Shown here piece after piece: positions 62,861 to 64,000 of a DNA stretch of 64,000 nt. The stretch's first letter is position 1. Each line of letters opens with the position of its first letter. The translations under genes and the position numbers were made by a program. The notes beneath the pieces were generated by a model that was given only the letters and a program-made list of their open reading frames with translations, made no database searches and had not been told where the DNA came from. Location: NCBI GenBank assembly GCA_030264375.1, contig JASCQW010000137.1, forward strand, positions 27,186,299 through 27,250,298, written 5' to 3'. This DNA is from Carcharhinus longimanus. Taxonomy: Eukaryota.

Positions 62861-64000
62861 CCTTCCTTCTGTCAAAATCTTTGTCAAAAACTGACGGCTG
62901 CATCCTCATGAGAATCAAGTTGTGCAGCAGGTAGGCAACCATCAGAAATTTGGCGACATGTTCTAGCGATCAATCTGGCAGTGGAACCATAGGTTTAGAA
63001 TGCTGATGGTTTGCTCCACACATTCCTGGTAACAGATGTGCACTTCCATTTGTGTTCGGAGGCGGATGAGATTTATGAGCTAAGTATAGAGTATAGCCCT
63101 TGTCATCAGAAAGCCAGATTCTGGTTGGTCATAGTGGCTCAAATGTGGGATTGGCACAGGATAAAAGAATTGTGGCTCCTGTTAGGATAGTGGGTATTCG
63201 GTGCATGTATATGTATAAACTGCATGTTAAGGAAGTGAGATCCCTTACTGTTCTGGTACAGTACCTTACCCTGTTGAGATGTGTATTGGCAGGGCCATGT
63301 ATGAGCAGCCAATTGTTCTCTTTAGCTTTCTGAGTGCAACAATGTCTCTAAACTCCTTCAGCAACACTGAACACGGACTTCCACTCTGCGGTGCAAGAAA
63401 AATGTCAAAGGCCATCTCAACTGAGAGCCCCATGCTAATCTGTTTAAATTGCACTAGTGCTATTTAAACAGGAGTGTTGGTGTTCCCATGGACAACTGAG
63501 CACATGCACAGCTGAAAGTTTTTAAGTGAAGGCTTTAACAGGACCACAACACGAAAATTCATCATTTGATGTTGAGTGATGTCTATGACTCTACATGCTT
63601 CCAGTATACACACAGCTTGCTCGTGATAACACTTCCAAACATGGCTCTCCATGTAGGCTGCCTCAGATACGGTCATTTTGGGGTCTTTAGACTCCTGTAG
63701 TGCCAACACCAGCAGAGGTCCCAGTCTCTTCAAAATTCTCTGACACCCTATCTTCTCTTTCTCCTACACCCTCTTCTCTCTTGATGTCGACTTTGTAAAG
63801 CACTCAGTTTTTCTATTGCATGAGGAGTAATGTATCAATAACATTTACTGTGAAATGAAAGTGATTTCAATTTTACATTCGAAAACTCATTGATGTGAAA
63901 ATGTTGAATGAAAACAGNNNNNNNNNNNNNNNNNNNNNNNNAAGTCATTCCTAATATTTTAAAACAATTCTGGATTTTCAAGTCTACACACTGAATTTAA

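Noticed and set aside
1-64000. Prokaryotic features (CRISPR arrays, operons, defence systems) and the remaining short ORFs
   Set aside because: The sequence is vertebrate intronic and repeat DNA. I saw no regularly spaced repeat-spacer array, and the other ORFs are TE fragments or chance frames.

Overview
Eukaryotic, intron-rich vertebrate DNA, most likely from a shark or other cartilaginous fish (inferred from the repeats: HE1-like V-SINEs, CR1/HER1 LINEs, Deu-SINE, LF-SINE-like and Penelope elements). Two genes end here tail-to-tail, as they do in human. On the + strand is the last coding exon of syntaxin-8 (STX8 transmembrane anchor, 11370-11437), which the ORF track misses. On the - strand are the last two coding exons of netrin-1 (NTN1 C345C/NTR domain, 54385-54459 and 19103-19431), separated by a ~35 kb intron. 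The rest is intron, UTR or intergenic sequence densely filled with decayed retroelements (CR1, L2, Rex-Babar, RTE, Penelope, several SINEs) and MITE-like repeats, with a few repeat-free blocks that look like enhancers. I found no clearly new gene system. The best leads are a ~240 bp local inverted duplication, two ~60 bp local direct duplications, an unclassified hairpin-rich repeat family, decayed hammerhead ribozymes in Penelope termini, two RFX X-boxes, and a speculative cryptic NTN1 exon that would remove the C345C domain. Repeat boundaries are approximate and family names come from recognition, not database searches.
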